Shown: positions 35,627 through 44,395 of the stretch, piece after piece
Layout of the letters: every line of letters begins with the position of its first letter
Numbering within the stretch: the stretch's first letter is position 1
Source of the DNA: a virus
IMG/VR virus record: IMGVR_UViG_3300037247_001314
Coordinates: 32,001 to 96,000 of that record
Length of the DNA stretch: 64,000 nt
Strand: one strand, 5' to 3'
Made by a program: the position numbers and the translations under genes
The notes under the pieces: generated by a model
Databases searched by the model: none
Seen by the model: the letters and a program-made list of their open reading frames with translations, nothing else
Told to the model about the DNA's origin: nothing

Positions 35627-37556
35627 CGCTGCCTCCCAAGATCATCATCTGCTCGTGCGTGATGAGGCAAAGCTTGTTTGCGTTGAGGTAGTTGTGCAGC
35701 GCCTTCTCGAAAAGCTTCTGGAACGCTGGCCCCTCGGCGAGCGGCTGGACGTCGAGCTCCATGCCCTCAAGGAGGACGGCAGTCATCGTCTGGACATCGT
35801 GGGCTTCCATCCACTCGTCGATCTGCTGCCCGAACTTATGGAGCTTCGAGAACTGCCCGTGCGGCGTGTCGGCGGGGACCTTGAGCGTGATGACAAACAC
35901 TGGCGGGCCGAGCTCGTCTGGGGCCAGCGCCTGAACACTCGGCGCGTCTATGGCGAGGTGCGAGTTGTCGGCGCCGGCCACCATTTGGTACCACTTCTCT
36001 TTGAACTCAGCGAGAGCCTTAGGCGGAACCTCGCCCGTGAACTTGATGACGTCGTTAGGTCGGGGCTCTTTCTCCTCGTGAGGGATGTTGTCGACGTCAA
36101 TACCCAGCTGCTTCGCGGCCGTGGGGGACATGCACACATCGGTGGGTGGGCTGAAGTTGTGGGCGCTCTTGATGATGTCGACCGCAGCAGCGACGTCGTC
36201 CGCGTCGATAGGCTTGTGGGTCTGCCAGTTAGGGGTCTCCAAGTTAGAGGTGGGCACTCCCATAGCTGCAACGGCCTTCTTCTCTTTCTTCGTTAAAGGC
36301 GCTTGGGACGCTGTCCAGACAGGAACCCCTTCGGCCTCAGAGATCGCCTTAGCCATCGCAAGCTTCGTGGGCACGGTAGCGAAGTTAGTTGTTGCGGGCG
36401 CAGGCACGACATCGCCCGCGTCCGCCATGGCGGCAACAGCCTTTTGCGCAAGAGTATCTGCGTCCAACCCAATCTTGACGACGTCGCTTTCCCTCACCTT
36501 CTTGAGCAGGTGGAACGTAATGTCGCCGCCCTCGTCGGTAGCCCTGGGCACCACCTTAAGCTCTGCATACGCGGCGGCAGAAGCAGCGGATGAGTAGGGG
36601 TTGGTGAAAGCTTTGAGAGGGTCATCAAACCAGCTTGGCTTTTCCGGCATGAGTGCTGACAAGTCGGACAGGTCGGTACTCACCAGGTTGGCTACCCCCT
36701 CCAGCCCATACTGAAACGTATGTAGGGGGAAGCCCGGCCCTAGCTCCGCATTCGGGTCGTGCGCGTACACATCCCACCCCAGCTTCATCTCCACACCGCT
36801 GGGTGAACTGAGGTCCAGACACTGTTGCAGCGCGACCTGCACGTCTTGAAATACCGCCTGCGACGTCACACCCTCGGGCACGACAACGTGCACACCAACC
36901 TTGTGGCAAGGGGCGGTGCCAAACGAATAACCCGGCATGTGGTCTATTTTCAGCACAGTGAACCCGTACTTTCTCAGGTTCTCCTTCACGAAATAGTCGA
37001 GGTCGTAGTCGGTAACCAGCGTGTGTACAGAGGGTTTGACGTCAACGGCTACGGCAAGCCCCTGGGGCGCGGCCAGCGCGATATGGGCTGGCGGCTTCTT
37101 GAGCTTGATAGAGAAGCCAGGGTTGACGCCGGGCGGTGGGAGAAGCGCGCCTACTAGGGAGACCTTCAACCCAGCCAACTTCTTGAACTCGTTTAAGAGG
37201 GCCGGGTCAACGTCGGCACCCTCCGTCTTCGCAAGAAGGTCGGTGTAATCCATGATGGCGGGCCCTTGCGCCAACGCAGGGTAGCCGCCAACCGCCTTGG
37301 TGCTATCAAAAGCAGCCTGCCCCTGCACCAACGCATTCACAGAGGGCACCCACTTCACCGGACCTTTTAGGGGGCCAAGCCATTCATTCGTCGACTCGAA
37401 GTCGAAGGCGACGAGCGGTTCCTTAGGTGTCGCGCCAATCGCCTTCATAGGCGCGTCGACGTCGAACAGACTTAGCGACTCGCCGGTGTCCTTTGGCTGC
37501 CCATCGAACCCCAGCGATACGTGCGGAACCAGGGGCGTGATTTTGATGTCCATCAT
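35616..37556 (-). CDS. Mosaic protein built from fragments resembling portal, helicase, polymerase, capsid and baseplate proteins
   Basis: 646-aa intact ORF; aa 503-531 match this genome's portal at 14/29 identities without gaps; also VWTASQ, DYTDLL and VAFDFE motifs. Confidence 0.8.
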   Translation of the reverse strand: MMDIKITPLVPHVSLGFDGQPKDTGESLSLFDVDAPMKAIGATPKEPLVAFDFESTNEWLGPLKGPVKWVPSVNALVQGQAAFDSTKAVGGYPALAQGPAIMDYTDLLAKTEGADVDPALLNEFKKLAGLKVSLVGALLPPPGVNPGFSIKLKKPPAHIALAAPQGLAVAVDVKPSVHTLVTDYDLDYFVKENLRKYGFTVLKIDHMPGYSFGTAPCHKVGVHVVVPEGVTSQAVFQDVQVALQQCLDLSSPSGVEMKLGWDVYAHDPNAELGPGFPLHTFQYGLEGVANLVSTDLSDLSALMPEKPSWFDDPLKAFTNPYSSAASAAAYAELKVVPRATDEGGDITFHLLKKVRESDVVKIGLDADTLAQKAVAAMADAGDVVPAPATTNFATVPTKLAMAKAISEAEGVPVWTASQAPLTKKEKKAVAAMGVPTSNLETPNWQTHKPIDADDVAAAVDIIKSAHNFSPPTDVCMSPTAAKQLGIDVDNIPHEEKEPRPNDVIKFTGEVPPKALAEFKEKWYQMVAGADNSHLAIDAPSVQALAPDELGPPVFVITLKVPADTPHGQFSKLHKFGQQIDEWMEAHDVQTMTAVLLEGMELDVQPLAEGPAFQKLFEKALHNYLNANKLCLITHEQMMILGGSDGD

Positions 37557-37948
37557 GCAGCCTTGAACTCGCGCCGTAGCGTAGCCTCGATACCGGACAG
37601 CGCATCATCCGTGTAATAGCCTGGGTCCAGTCTGAACGCCGCCATCACCTTGTCGACGAACGCGCCGTTAATGCTGCGGGCCTCTTTGAGCTCACCTGCG
37701 CGCTGCGCGAGGAGAAGCACCTGCCCGTCGATGGTGTCCTGGGCCGCCTCTAGTTTGAGGATGAGTTCCAGAGCTTCTACCGAGGAGGTAGTGGCGGGCT
37801 GTTGTGCAGCGGCGCTTTGTAGCTCTTCAGCGTGAGCCTGAAGCCGTGTGCAGCGGTCGCCCAGTTCAGCAATCATACACACATCGTCGCTGCGGGCCTC
37901 GTGGATAAGACCGATAGCAGTCCGTATTTTATCATCAGCATCTGACAC
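37553..37948 (-). CDS. Coiled-coil hypothetical protein
   Basis: GTG 37948 after GAGGGA. Confidence 0.6.
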   Translation of the reverse strand: MSDADDKIRTAIGLIHEARSDDVCMIAELGDRCTRLQAHAEELQSAAAQQPATTSSVEALELILKLEAAQDTIDGQVLLLAQRAGELKEARSINGAFVDKVMAAFRLDPGYYTDDALSGIEATLRREFKAA

Positions 37949-37950
37949 GA

Positions 37951-38202
37951 TTATCCCTCGGGAAGCAGCGCGGTGACCTTGAGCCCCAACGCATCCGCGA
38001 TAACGCACATCGTGGCCAGCGTCGGGTGGCGGTCACCCCGCTCCAGTTTGAGGATGGCGTCGTAGTGCATGTCGCAAGCGGCTGCCAACTGGGAACGAGT
38101 GAGTTTCTGCTCCCCGCGCACGCCTTCCAGACGCGTGCCGAACCCGGCACGAGCTTGTTTATTAAACTCGCTTGCTTCTTTTTCGGAGTTACCCATGATC
38201 AC
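37951..38202 (-). CDS. XRE-family HTH regulator
   Basis: LTRSQLAAACDMHYDAILKLERGDRHPTLAT. Confidence 0.88.
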   Translation of the reverse strand: MIMGNSEKEASEFNKQARAGFGTRLEGVRGEQKLTRSQLAAACDMHYDAILKLERGDRHPTLATMCVIADALGLKVTALLPEG

Positions 38203-38211
38203 CTTTCAGAG

Positions 38212-38964
38212 TTAAAGGAACGCTTCCTCGTCGAAGTTTGCGAAGTATTCGGATGTGTAATACTTGTCGGCAAGCACTTTCCTACGAGGACGAGGCGCCG
38301 GCCTGGCAGCTTGAGCCCGTCGTTTTTGCCAAAGACGGTCTTTGTCGGTGCCTACCGAAAAGTTCCCCTCGCGCAGGGCAGCGCAGAGGTCTAGGTCGTC
38401 GGTGATGGGACGCTTGAACTCCGTCCAAACGACGCCGAGCATGCTCGCATGGTGCGCGTCGCTGCCGGCTGTAATGGGCAGCCCCATCGAAATCGCAGCC
38501 TGCCGTGCCAACCGATTGGTCTCGCGGTGGTCCACCTCAACCTGACCGTTGTAGCCCTCGACGGCGGCAAGACCCGTGAGTTCTTTGAGCCGCTCCCCCG
38601 CGGACCTCTTGTACACTTTGTACGGATGGGGCAGCACACAAGCGCCGCCCATCGCGTTGACCTCGTCAATGACCGCTTGGGTGTCGGGGTACATCCCCCA
38701 CGCCCCCCACGGGACGTCCACACCAAAAATCAGTAGATGGTTGAGGCTCGTGCTGTACTCGACGCCGATGAACGCGCGGATGCCTGCTTCTTCCAAGGCC
38801 GCAGCCACTCGGTAAACCTCCGTGTTGTCCTCGACGGTGTTGGCATGGTGATCGGTGAGGCAAACCCCATCCAACCCGGTAGACACCGCGGCCCGCACGA
38901 TGTCCGCGGCCGGACTCCGGCCGTCGCTGCCCAACGTATGCGCATGTAAATCAACCTTGAACAT
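38212..38964 (-). CDS. PHP-domain phosphoesterase
   Basis: DLHAHT, SDG, LTDHH, GVEYST, PHPY, GSDAH. Confidence 0.9.
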   Translation of the reverse strand: MFKVDLHAHTLGSDGRSPAADIVRAAVSTGLDGVCLTDHHANTVEDNTEVYRVAAALEEAGIRAFIGVEYSTSLNHLLIFGVDVPWGAWGMYPDTQAVIDEVNAMGGACVLPHPYKVYKRSAGERLKELTGLAAVEGYNGQVEVDHRETNRLARQAAISMGLPITAGSDAHHASMLGVVWTEFKRPITDDLDLCAALREGNFSVGTDKDRLWQKRRAQAARPAPRPRRKVLADKYYTSEYFANFDEEAFL

Positions 38965-38981
38965 CCCAGCCTCCACCAACC

Positions 38982-39019
38982 AGCATAGCAGCGGGCACAT
39001 TGCTGTCAAGACAAAAGAC
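38982..39019 (-). promoter_or_regulatory. Class I promoter
   Basis: TTGACA-gcaatgtgcccgctgc(16)-TATGCT. Confidence 0.8.
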
Positions 39020-39023
39020 TTGG

Positions 39024-39356
39024 TTATTCACATTTCCGTGAAAGCAGCCGCAGCTGCAACGAACAATCTTGAAGAGCGGCGTGCGACTGTCGGTCCCAAT
39101 AGTCGCAGCGAGCCATGAGCCGCTGGCCATAGTCCAGACAGTAGTCGGTGAGCTCTCCCTCCACCGAAGATATTTGCACATCGAGAGTCGTGGCGGCGCG
39201 TGCATCCGCTAAGGCCTGGTTAGCCTCCCTGAGTTCGGTGCGCAGATGCATCGAAAGCAGCACGCCTACAAACGTCAAAGCCACGAAAGCAAAGGTAACC
39301 CCGCGCGGGATCGGGGCAGGCTTAAGCATTTTTGAGCGCTGCATCTGCGAGGGCAT
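39024..39356 (-). CDS. Membrane-anchored coiled-coil protein
   Basis: One TM helix followed by a Cys-containing coil. Confidence 0.55.
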   Translation of the reverse strand: MPSQMQRSKMLKPAPIPRGVTFAFVALTFVGVLLSMHLRTELREANQALADARAATTLDVQISSVEGELTDYCLDYGQRLMARCDYWDRQSHAALQDCSLQLRLLSRKCE

Positions 39357-39825
39357 GTGCGCCCTCTAAGGTTTCGGTAGCGCCGATGGTCTGGAGCGCG
39401 ACGCGCATCCGGCCGACGCTGATGATGGTCGTACGACCAACCTCGCTGTCGAGGAAGATAGCGGCAGCAAACTCTGGTTTGCCGCGTTTAGCCACCTCCG
39501 CTTCCAGCTCTACCACCCTCTCGCGAAGATGTTGGAGGGTCTGTCTCTCGCTGTCGTCGTGACTCGTCATCTTTTCCTCTGCTTTCGTAGGCGCGCTCTT
39601 TAGCGGACGGAGAGCGAAGAGTTCTTTTTCAAGTTCCCCGATGCGGTCGAGCAGCCCCCGCTCGTACTCATCTTCTTCTTTGGCTGCAGCCGCATCCGTA
39701 TTGTCGCGGGCTGCGTACACCTCGTCTAGCTCCGCCTCTGCGTCAGCCAGTGCTTCCAGAAGAGATTGGTTTGTCCCCGTCTGGACCTGAGCGAGGCGAA
39801 GGTGTCGACGAAGCCAAGGGATCAT
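39322..39825 (-). CDS. Coiled-coil hypothetical protein
   Basis: AAGGAG RBS; 167 aa. Confidence 0.65.
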   Translation of the reverse strand: MIPWLRRHLRLAQVQTGTNQSLLEALADAEAELDEVYAARDNTDAAAAKEEDEYERGLLDRIGELEKELFALRPLKSAPTKAEEKMTSHDDSERQTLQHLRERVVELEAEVAKRGKPEFAAAIFLDSEVGRTTIISVGRMRVALQTIGATETLEGAHALADAALKNA

Positions 39826-40192
39826 CTGTGGCTCCTTGAGCTACTTTGGATGCGAGGAGCACTCGCCCCTTGAGCAGTTGATACTGCTCGAAAGAAATCG
39901 CCCGAGCGCGTCGGGCTGTGACGATGATACCCTTGACGCGGCCTTGCTCAAATGCACGACGCTGCGCAACTTCCGACTTCTGCCCCAGGAGAGCAGCAGC
40001 CATGTCGTGCGAGATGTCAGGGGGGATAGGGACGGCGAGTTCGTGGGTCAACACTTGGATTTTCTTGATAGCCTCGTCGAGAACTTCAGCCATGCGCGCA
40101 TCAAACTTCCCGTCTGGAAACGCTGGCAAGTCCCCTTTGCTCGTGGGAGTCGGCTTCGCCTTTGCAGCGCTCTTCTTCTTACGTGCAGCCAT
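39743..40192 (-). CDS. Hypothetical protein
   Basis: Basic N-terminus; C-terminal half resembles the adjacent 40195-40524 product. Confidence 0.65.
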   Translation of the reverse strand: MAARKKKSAAKAKPTPTSKGDLPAFPDGKFDARMAEVLDEAIKKIQVLTHELAVPIPPDISHDMAAALLGQKSEVAQRRAFEQGRVKGIIVTARRARAISFEQYQLLKGRVLLASKVAQGATDDPLASSTPSPRSGPDGDKPISSGSTG

Positions 40193-40194
40193 GG

Positions 40195-40524
40195 CTATCC
40201 CGGAATGATGATGGGTACGTGAGCGTCCTGCGTCTTGGCGACGAGAGAGGCCAACACTCGAAGATGCAGCTCCTCAGCCAAAGCAGTGGGGATGTTTCGC
40301 GTCCGCTGCAGAGCAGCGACTGTTCCCTGGGCGCTGCCGGCAGCCATGAGAAACGCTTGCGTCAAGCGCTGAGCCTTTTCTGCAGAGCCAGGCTGATTCG
40401 GGTCGATGGCCTCAATCTCCGCGCGCTTGAGCGAGATCGCGTCCACCATTTCCAAAAGCCAGTTCTTGCACTCTTCCTCGCTTTCGAGAAACCAGCCTAT
40501 TTCTTGGGAAAGTTGAGCAAACAT
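40195..40524 (-). CDS. Hypothetical protein
   Basis: 109 aa helical. Confidence 0.65.
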   Translation of the reverse strand: MFAQLSQEIGWFLESEEECKNWLLEMVDAISLKRAEIEAIDPNQPGSAEKAQRLTQAFLMAAGSAQGTVAALQRTRNIPTALAEELHLRVLASLVAKTQDAHVPIIIPG

Positions 40525-40533
40525 AAAAACCCC

Positions 40534-40782
40534 TTAATGCATTTTGTCTGGAGCGAACTGTCCTGCAGCTTCCGCTTCCAGAAGGTCCGCTATCTGTCGC
40601 AGCAACGCCCACGGTCCGAGTACGTGCTGCGAACGTTTCGCCGTGCCTTTGACGCCGTGCACAGTGTACTTCGCCTTGATTTCGAAAGAACCCGGCACGG
40701 AATCCGCATTCGGGTCAGCCCGTCGAAAATCCAGCTCATTGAAGACGCTGAAATCATCCAACGTGATGGTGTCGCCCGCCAT
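40534..40782 (-). CDS. Hypothetical protein
   Basis: 82 aa in operon. Confidence 0.6.
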   Translation of the reverse strand: MAGDTITLDDFSVFNELDFRRADPNADSVPGSFEIKAKYTVHGVKGTAKRSQHVLGPWALLRQIADLLEAEAAGQFAPDKMH

Positions 40783-40785
40783 TGT

Positions 40786-41610
40786 TCAGCCCGTCGCCAG
40801 CAGCTCGTTGATGGCGCCACGGCCAGCGCCGTCGCAGCTGATGGAGTGCTGCGTGGCGAGTGTCTGGACTTCGGCTTCGGGCCAAAGAAATGACATGAGC
40901 GGCCCGAGTTCGTCGGCCGTGCTGTTGGAGTAGATGACAAACGCGCCAGCGTTACGCCACTTCCAAATCTGACAGAGAAGCTCGACGTGGTCGGCGTGCG
41001 TGAAACCATCAGCGGAGTACCCGTCAAAAGTTCCGTAATAGGGTGGGTCGACGTAGACGACGGCGCCAGGAGCGACGACGAGGTCAGTGTACGGCTCGTA
41101 TCGAAGTTCTACGTATTGCAGAGTCTCGTGCCAAGCTTTGATGTTCCCCTCGTCGAGGATTGTAGCCTTCGCGTACTTTCCCCACGACGAGTTGAGTTCA
41201 CCCTTTCGATTCAGACGCCACAGCCCGTTGAACGCCGTCTGCTTCAGAAACACGAAGCGCGCAGGCGTGCGTTCACCTTGGTTCCAGAGGTCGCGTTGCT
41301 CGTAATAAAGCCGCTCAGCGTCACGCTGCGGATGGTGATACTTGCGCTGAAAATAAAGCAGATTGGCGAGGAGTTCTTCCATCCGTTTTGGATCCTGCAC
41401 CGCGAAGTACAAATCCATAAGTCCGTCGTTAATGTCACCAAGCGAAACGCGGGCGCACTCGTTGAGGTCCTCGTTGGCAATGAGTTCGCAGAAAACTGCC
41501 GCACCGCCAGCAAAAGGCTCATGGTACTCGGTCATCACGACGGGCACATGCTCGGTGATGACGGGGGCCAAGCGAGTCTTGCCCCCCACATATTTTATCA
41601 ATGGCTTCAC
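40786..41610 (-). CDS. Dam-family (D12 class) N6-adenine DNA methyltransferase
   Basis: KYVGGK, EPFAGGAAV, FNGLWRLN, YVDPPY; GGAGG RBS before GTG 41610. Confidence 0.92.
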   Translation of the reverse strand: MKPLIKYVGGKTRLAPVITEHVPVVMTEYHEPFAGGAAVFCELIANEDLNECARVSLGDINDGLMDLYFAVQDPKRMEELLANLLYFQRKYHHPQRDAERLYYEQRDLWNQGERTPARFVFLKQTAFNGLWRLNRKGELNSSWGKYAKATILDEGNIKAWHETLQYVELRYEPYTDLVVAPGAVVYVDPPYYGTFDGYSADGFTHADHVELLCQIWKWRNAGAFVIYSNSTADELGPLMSFLWPEAEVQTLATQHSISCDGAGRGAINELLATG

Positions 41611-41706
41611 GATCGATCCTCCACATACCCACAACAGCTACAAACCCACTTCACCGTCGACGTGCGAACAAGCGACTCCTCATCACAGCTAGGACACGTC
41701 CTGACG

Positions 41707-42765
41707 TCAGGAGACTGTTTGTCGGGTGTTTTCCTCGTCTGGAAACGGTGCGGCATAGTCCTCCTCCTCAACCTCAAGTAGGTACAGTCGATCGGCTGGG
41801 GTCGACGAGCGCAGGAGCCTAAAAGCAAGTGCCTGGAGCTCGTCGCTCTTTTCGAGAGCCTCTACCCAATCAGACCTAATGGCCGCAAAACCGTGGAAGG
41901 CCCCAGCGAGCGCGCCTGCAATGGACGCGATGCTGTCGCTGTCTCCGGGGCTGGTCGCAGCCGTAAGCACCACATCCTCGTGGCCAGCGTCGACCTCGCG
42001 AAGGAAGACGAAGAGCGCGGCGGCGATGGCCTCATGGCCAGCCCACCCACGCCACATATCGAGCATGTCGTCGGTCTCGCAAAACTTGTCCGACGCTGAC
42101 GCCTCAGCCTGCACGAGCATATCCCCGGTAGCCTGGTCGTACTTGTAGGCCGCGTCCTGCATAAACGACGCGATGCGTGCAGGGTCGTAATCGCGCAGAG
42201 CAGCCCATACACCCACAGCAAGCGCAGCACTGGCCGCCATGGCCAGCGGAGCCCCGTGCGTGAGTCGGCTATGCTCGGCCGCTGTCGTCATCGCGCGCTC
42301 TCGGTCCTCAAAGTAGAAGAGCCCATACGGGTGCGAGCGCATGACGCTGCCACAACCTCCAGCCCCTTCATTGTTGACGGGCCCGCCAGCTTCTCGCCAC
42401 GGAACTTTGCCCGACGCGAGCTTTGCGCAACCAGCCATACACGCAGCGCCCGGCGCGCGATTGTTCTCGGCGCTCCTGTACCAAGCAATGAAGTCTTCCG
42501 CTATCTCGCTAGCGGCAGCGTCGAGCGAAGCACTTCGCCCCGCTCGGATGAGCCCTTCACTGACTGCGCGAGCCATCTGTGTGTCGTCGCTGTAAAACGC
42601 AACACGTTCGCCGTTAAGCTCACGCCGGCAAAGGTGCAAGCCATCAGGAAATCGACGACGGATGTCCGCCATCGAGCAAAACTCAACTTCATAGCCAAGC
42701 GCGTCCCCGATGGCAGCCCCTGCGATACACCCCTTGAACTTGTCTCTCAGATCGATTGTAGGCAT
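41707..42765 (-). CDS. ADP-ribosylglycohydrolase (DraG/ARH family)
   Basis: GAAIGDALG, YSDDTQM, GCGSVMR, LTHG, GDSDSIASIAGALAGA. Confidence 0.93.
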   Translation of the reverse strand: MPTIDLRDKFKGCIAGAAIGDALGYEVEFCSMADIRRRFPDGLHLCRRELNGERVAFYSDDTQMARAVSEGLIRAGRSASLDAAASEIAEDFIAWYRSAENNRAPGAACMAGCAKLASGKVPWREAGGPVNNEGAGGCGSVMRSHPYGLFYFEDRERAMTTAAEHSRLTHGAPLAMAASAALAVGVWAALRDYDPARIASFMQDAAYKYDQATGDMLVQAEASASDKFCETDDMLDMWRGWAGHEAIAAALFVFLREVDAGHEDVVLTAATSPGDSDSIASIAGALAGAFHGFAAIRSDWVEALEKSDELQALAFRLLRSSTPADRLYLLEVEEEDYAAPFPDEENTRQTVS

Positions 42766-42791
42766 AAGGCCCTCCTTTGTGTCTGGAAACT

Positions 42792-42830
42792 AGCGTAGGG
42801 CAGTATGCCCGCTCTGTCAAGACAAATGTC
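42792..42830 (-). promoter_or_regulatory. Class I promoter
   Basis: GACATTTGTC-TTGACA-gagcgggcatactgccc(17)-TACGCT. Confidence 0.8.
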
Positions 42831-42844
42831 GTGGGGCGGATCTA

Positions 42845-43816
42845 CTACTGAGGCATCGCTGGCGGAGGGTATCCAGGAGCGGGAGCCATGGGTGGTTGCT
42901 GCATGGGCTGCGGCATCCCGGGCTGCTGTTGAGGCATGGGTTGGGGCGCCATTCCTGGCTGCGGAACCATTCCAGGTTGGGGAGGCATTCCCGGCTGAGG
43001 CGGCATACCCGGTTGAGGAGGCATGCCAGGCTGAGGAACCATGCCCGGTTGCGGCGCCATGGGCGGCTGTGGGTAGCCAGGAGCGGCTGGCACAGGACCT
43101 GGAACCCCAGGCGCGGGAGCGCCCGGCATTGGCGGCGCAGGATAACCTGCAGCCTGCGGAGGAGCCCCGGGTTGGGGTTGCCCCTGTGGGACAGGAGCAG
43201 CGGGGGCAGCTGCTACTGCGGGCTGCCCTCCCTGCATAGCGAGCAGCTGGTTGATTCCGTCACGAATCTCCGTGAGCAGCTGGAGGGCTTGGGCTTCCAT
43301 TTCTTTCTCCGTCCACCAGGGTACTTCCTCATCGCTGAGCAGTGCCGTGGCTTCTTCTTCTGTTGGGGGTTCAGTCTCGACGACAGATGCGTCGGCGAGC
43401 TCCTGGTGAACCGGAGCACCCGGTTCGGGAGGTGGTGGTGGCGGTGCTGTTGTCTGGACAGCGGGCTGCTCTGACTGGCAACACCAGTTGCCGGTCGCGT
43501 CACGCGTCGCCGCAAACATGCCCGTGCCTGTGCGCGAGATGAGACCGTCGGCTTCCAACTTTTCGAGGACCTTGGCCGCGTCCACTTGGATCGCACTAAC
43601 GAGTTCCTCCGCCTCGCCTAGAGTAATGCCGGTGTGCGCACGCGTGGAACACACAACCGAGAGGATGGAGCTCTTAGCTTGGCCCAACGGAGTTAGTCGC
43701 TCGTCGACAGGCTCCGCAGGGGCCTTCTTAGCTGTGGCCTTTTTCTTTTGGGTACCGGTCTTCTTTGCTCCCGCTTTCTTGGCGGTAGCCTTCTTTTTAG
43801 TGCTGCGAGTAGCCAT
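42845..43816 (-). CDS. K/A-rich N-tail, winged helix and Pro/Gln/Met-rich tail protein
   Basis: [16 protein letters not shown] wing; C-terminal PQPGM repeats; AGGAGG RBS. Confidence 0.75.
   Translation of the reverse strand: MATRSTKKKATAKKAGAKKTGTQKKKATAKKAPAEPVDERLTPLGQAKSSILSVVCSTRAHTGITLGEAEELVSAIQVDAAKVLEKLEADGLISRTGTGMFAATRDATGNWCCQSEQPAVQTTAPPPPPPEPGAPVHQELADASVVETEPPTEEEATALLSDEEVPWWTEKEMEAQALQLLTEIRDGINQLLAMQGGQPAVAAAPAAPVPQGQPQPGAPPQAAGYPAPPMPGAPAPGVPGPVPAAPGYPQPPMAPQPGMVPQPGMPPQPGMPPQPGMPPQPGMVPQPGMAPQPMPQQQPGMPQPMQQPPMAPAPGYPPPAMPQ
42935..43060 (-). repeat. Coding tandem repeat, 18-nt unit, [APV]PQPGM x ~6-7
   Basis: [41 protein letters not shown] with synonymous variation. Confidence 0.85.
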
Positions 43817-43821
43817 TCGAG

Positions 43822-43861
43822 CCTCCTACCTTAGACAACACTGGAGTTGTCTGGAGTGCAA
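43822..43861 (-). promoter_or_regulatory. Class II upstream element
   Basis: TTGCACTCCAGACAACTCCAGTGTTGTCTAAGGTAGGAGG; contains the palindrome AGACAAC-N6-GTTGTCT. Confidence 0.75.
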
Positions 43862-43862
43862 C

Positions 43863-43897
43863 AAAAAAAGGACACCAAACTAACGGTGTCCTTTTTT
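43863..43897. terminator. Bidirectional intrinsic terminator
   Basis: AAAAAAAGGACACC-aaactaac-GGTGTCCTTTTTT. Confidence 0.85.
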
Positions 43898-43914
43898 CTT
43901 GGGTTTTCTGGGAT

Positions 43915-44310
43915 TCAGACGTCCAGGTCTTCGGCCGCATCTTCGTCGTATTCCGACAAAGGTTCCACTTCAACCGCCGGGGGAGGGGCGGGCTTGACCA
44001 TCACCTCAGCCGCCCAGCTCGCGAGCATCGCGGCCGTGTCGTGGGTAATCACCGCGATAGCGTATTGTTTGCCCTGGAAGCGTTCTAGGATGAGTAGACC
44101 GATCTGCTCGCTGACCTTGTCCTTAGCGTGGCCATTATCGAGAAGCGCTACCCGGAGCGCCATATCGATGCCTTCAGGATTTTTGCACTTGGCGACAACC
44201 AGATTCGCGTCGTCTTTGTGCGGTTGCATGCGCAGCGTCGGGAACCCCGCAAACTGCATATAGACCCGAGAAGGCTTGAGAGTCGGAACTGTGATTTCTT
44301 CTTCGTCCAT
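43915..44310 (-). CDS. Hypothetical protein
   Basis: AAGGGAG RBS; own class I promoter and terminator. Confidence 0.7.
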   Translation of the reverse strand: MDEEEITVPTLKPSRVYMQFAGFPTLRMQPHKDDANLVVAKCKNPEGIDMALRVALLDNGHAKDKVSEQIGLLILERFQGKQYAIAVITHDTAAMLASWAAEVMVKPAPPPAVEVEPLSEYDEDAAEDLDV

Positions 44311-44351
44311 GGTGTTCTCCCTTGTCGCTCTTATGTGAGCGGGTTGGGCCC

Positions 44352-44380
44352 AGCATAGTTGTCGGGCATATTGCCGTCAA
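44352..44380 (-). promoter_or_regulatory. Class I promoter
   Basis: TTGACG-gcaatatgcccgacaac(17)-TATGCT. Confidence 0.78.
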
Positions 44381-44395
44381 GTGTTTTGTCTGGTT

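Noticed and set aside
37500-37535. PHVSL as a 2H-phosphoesterase (Acb1-like) motif
   Set aside because: Only one clear HxS/T motif in suitable context; a 2H enzyme needs two.
41607-41828. Small Zn-ribbon ORF (CPSC...CSCC) between the ADP-ribosylhydrolase and Dam
   Set aside because: Plausible, but I could not place a convincing start or RBS, so it is left out of the features.
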